From the NCBI RefSeq assembly GCF_963506605.1, contig NC_083280.1:36332001-36396000 (forward strand): a DNA stretch of 64,000 nt. Reading direction: 5' to 3'. Shown in pieces: positions 63,209-64,000 of the stretch (positions are counted from its first letter, which is position 1; each line of letters starts with the position of its first letter). The notes beneath the pieces were generated by a model. That model saw only the letters and a list, made by a program, of their open reading frames with translations. It made no database searches and was not told the DNA's origin. The DNA is from Zootoca vivipara. Its lineage: Eukaryota. Both the position numbers and the translations under genes were made by a program.

Positions 63209-64000
63209 GTAAGTTGAAAGTCTAAGCTGGCACTTTACTAGGGATATGTATATGATTAGCCCAAAGTCATATGTACTGAGTATTCTGTATGGTGAATCAG
63301 CCATTGTCCCTTCCAGTCACACACTGTATTTAACCTTATTTTGACAACTTTTCACCCCTTTGTAGGAATTGTGAGCAGATTCTCCTGAAAAGAGGCATTG
63401 TGTGAATGGTGTGAGCATTGTTATTGGTAGCTAGCACTCCAGGAGTTGAGGAAATGCTGAAGCAGGAACTTATAGCTGATGCATTGTTAAGGAGCATATC
63501 CTGTGTTTGCACTGTTCTCACATTATTTTTCACAGGCAGCAAACATTTTTGTATGAATAGACCTATATAGGTACAGCTCTTCCTATCCAGGATAGGGACA
63601 AGATGTGACAGTGTTTTAGAAAGTAATGAAAAAGTGGCTGTTTGTACTACGTTGAAAACTGCTTTTACTATCCAAAATACTCATATTATGTTGTCTTATG
63701 AAAGTGTGAATATTTAATGGAAAGGCTTTTATCAATATTTTGTTACACTACATTTGGTAGCTGCTTAGAGCAGTGTGCTTGAGATGATCATGAAGAGTCT
63801 TCGTCTGTTTAAAATAACTTGTGTGAAGTGGTTTGATTTTTGAGAATAGTTGTGGGATTTTATAGAAGTTTCAGCATTTCAATAATTCAACATTCTAGGC
63901 ATGTACGTATATGTTGCTCATACTAATTCCATTGTCAGCAGTAAATTAAGCAAAAACCGACTTCCGAATGCTCGTAATTACACCTGCTAATCATAATGAA

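Overview
Vertebrate genomic DNA, almost certainly a squamate and probably a lacertid lizard (Sauria SINEs, BovB, Squam3-type SINE, hAT and Tc1/mariner MITEs). It covers the conserved NRROS(+) - CEP19(-) - PIGX(+) - PAK2(+) block. I reconstructed complete, phase-consistent CDSs for NRROS (682 aa, 2 coding exons), CEP19 (162 aa, 2 coding exons) and PIGX (253 aa, 6 coding exons), plus the first six coding exons of PAK2 (its kinase domain lies beyond the window). CEP19 and PIGX share a bidirectional CpG-island promoter with an RFX X-box; PAK2 has its own CpG island. Main leads: (1) an unexplained chain of minus-strand exon-like segments between PIGX and PAK2 that can be joined into a 256-aa ORF, or may be a decayed IQ-motif gene; (2) a non-autonomous Helitron carrying CpG-rich cargo in PAK2 intron 1; (3) a Penelope fragment with a minimal hammerhead ribozyme; (4) a remodelled PAK2 caspase site lacking the myristoylated Gly; (5) an AUG-initiated PIGX signal-peptide exon where mammals use a CUG start. 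All calls are by eye. Homologue comparisons are from memory and no searches were run.
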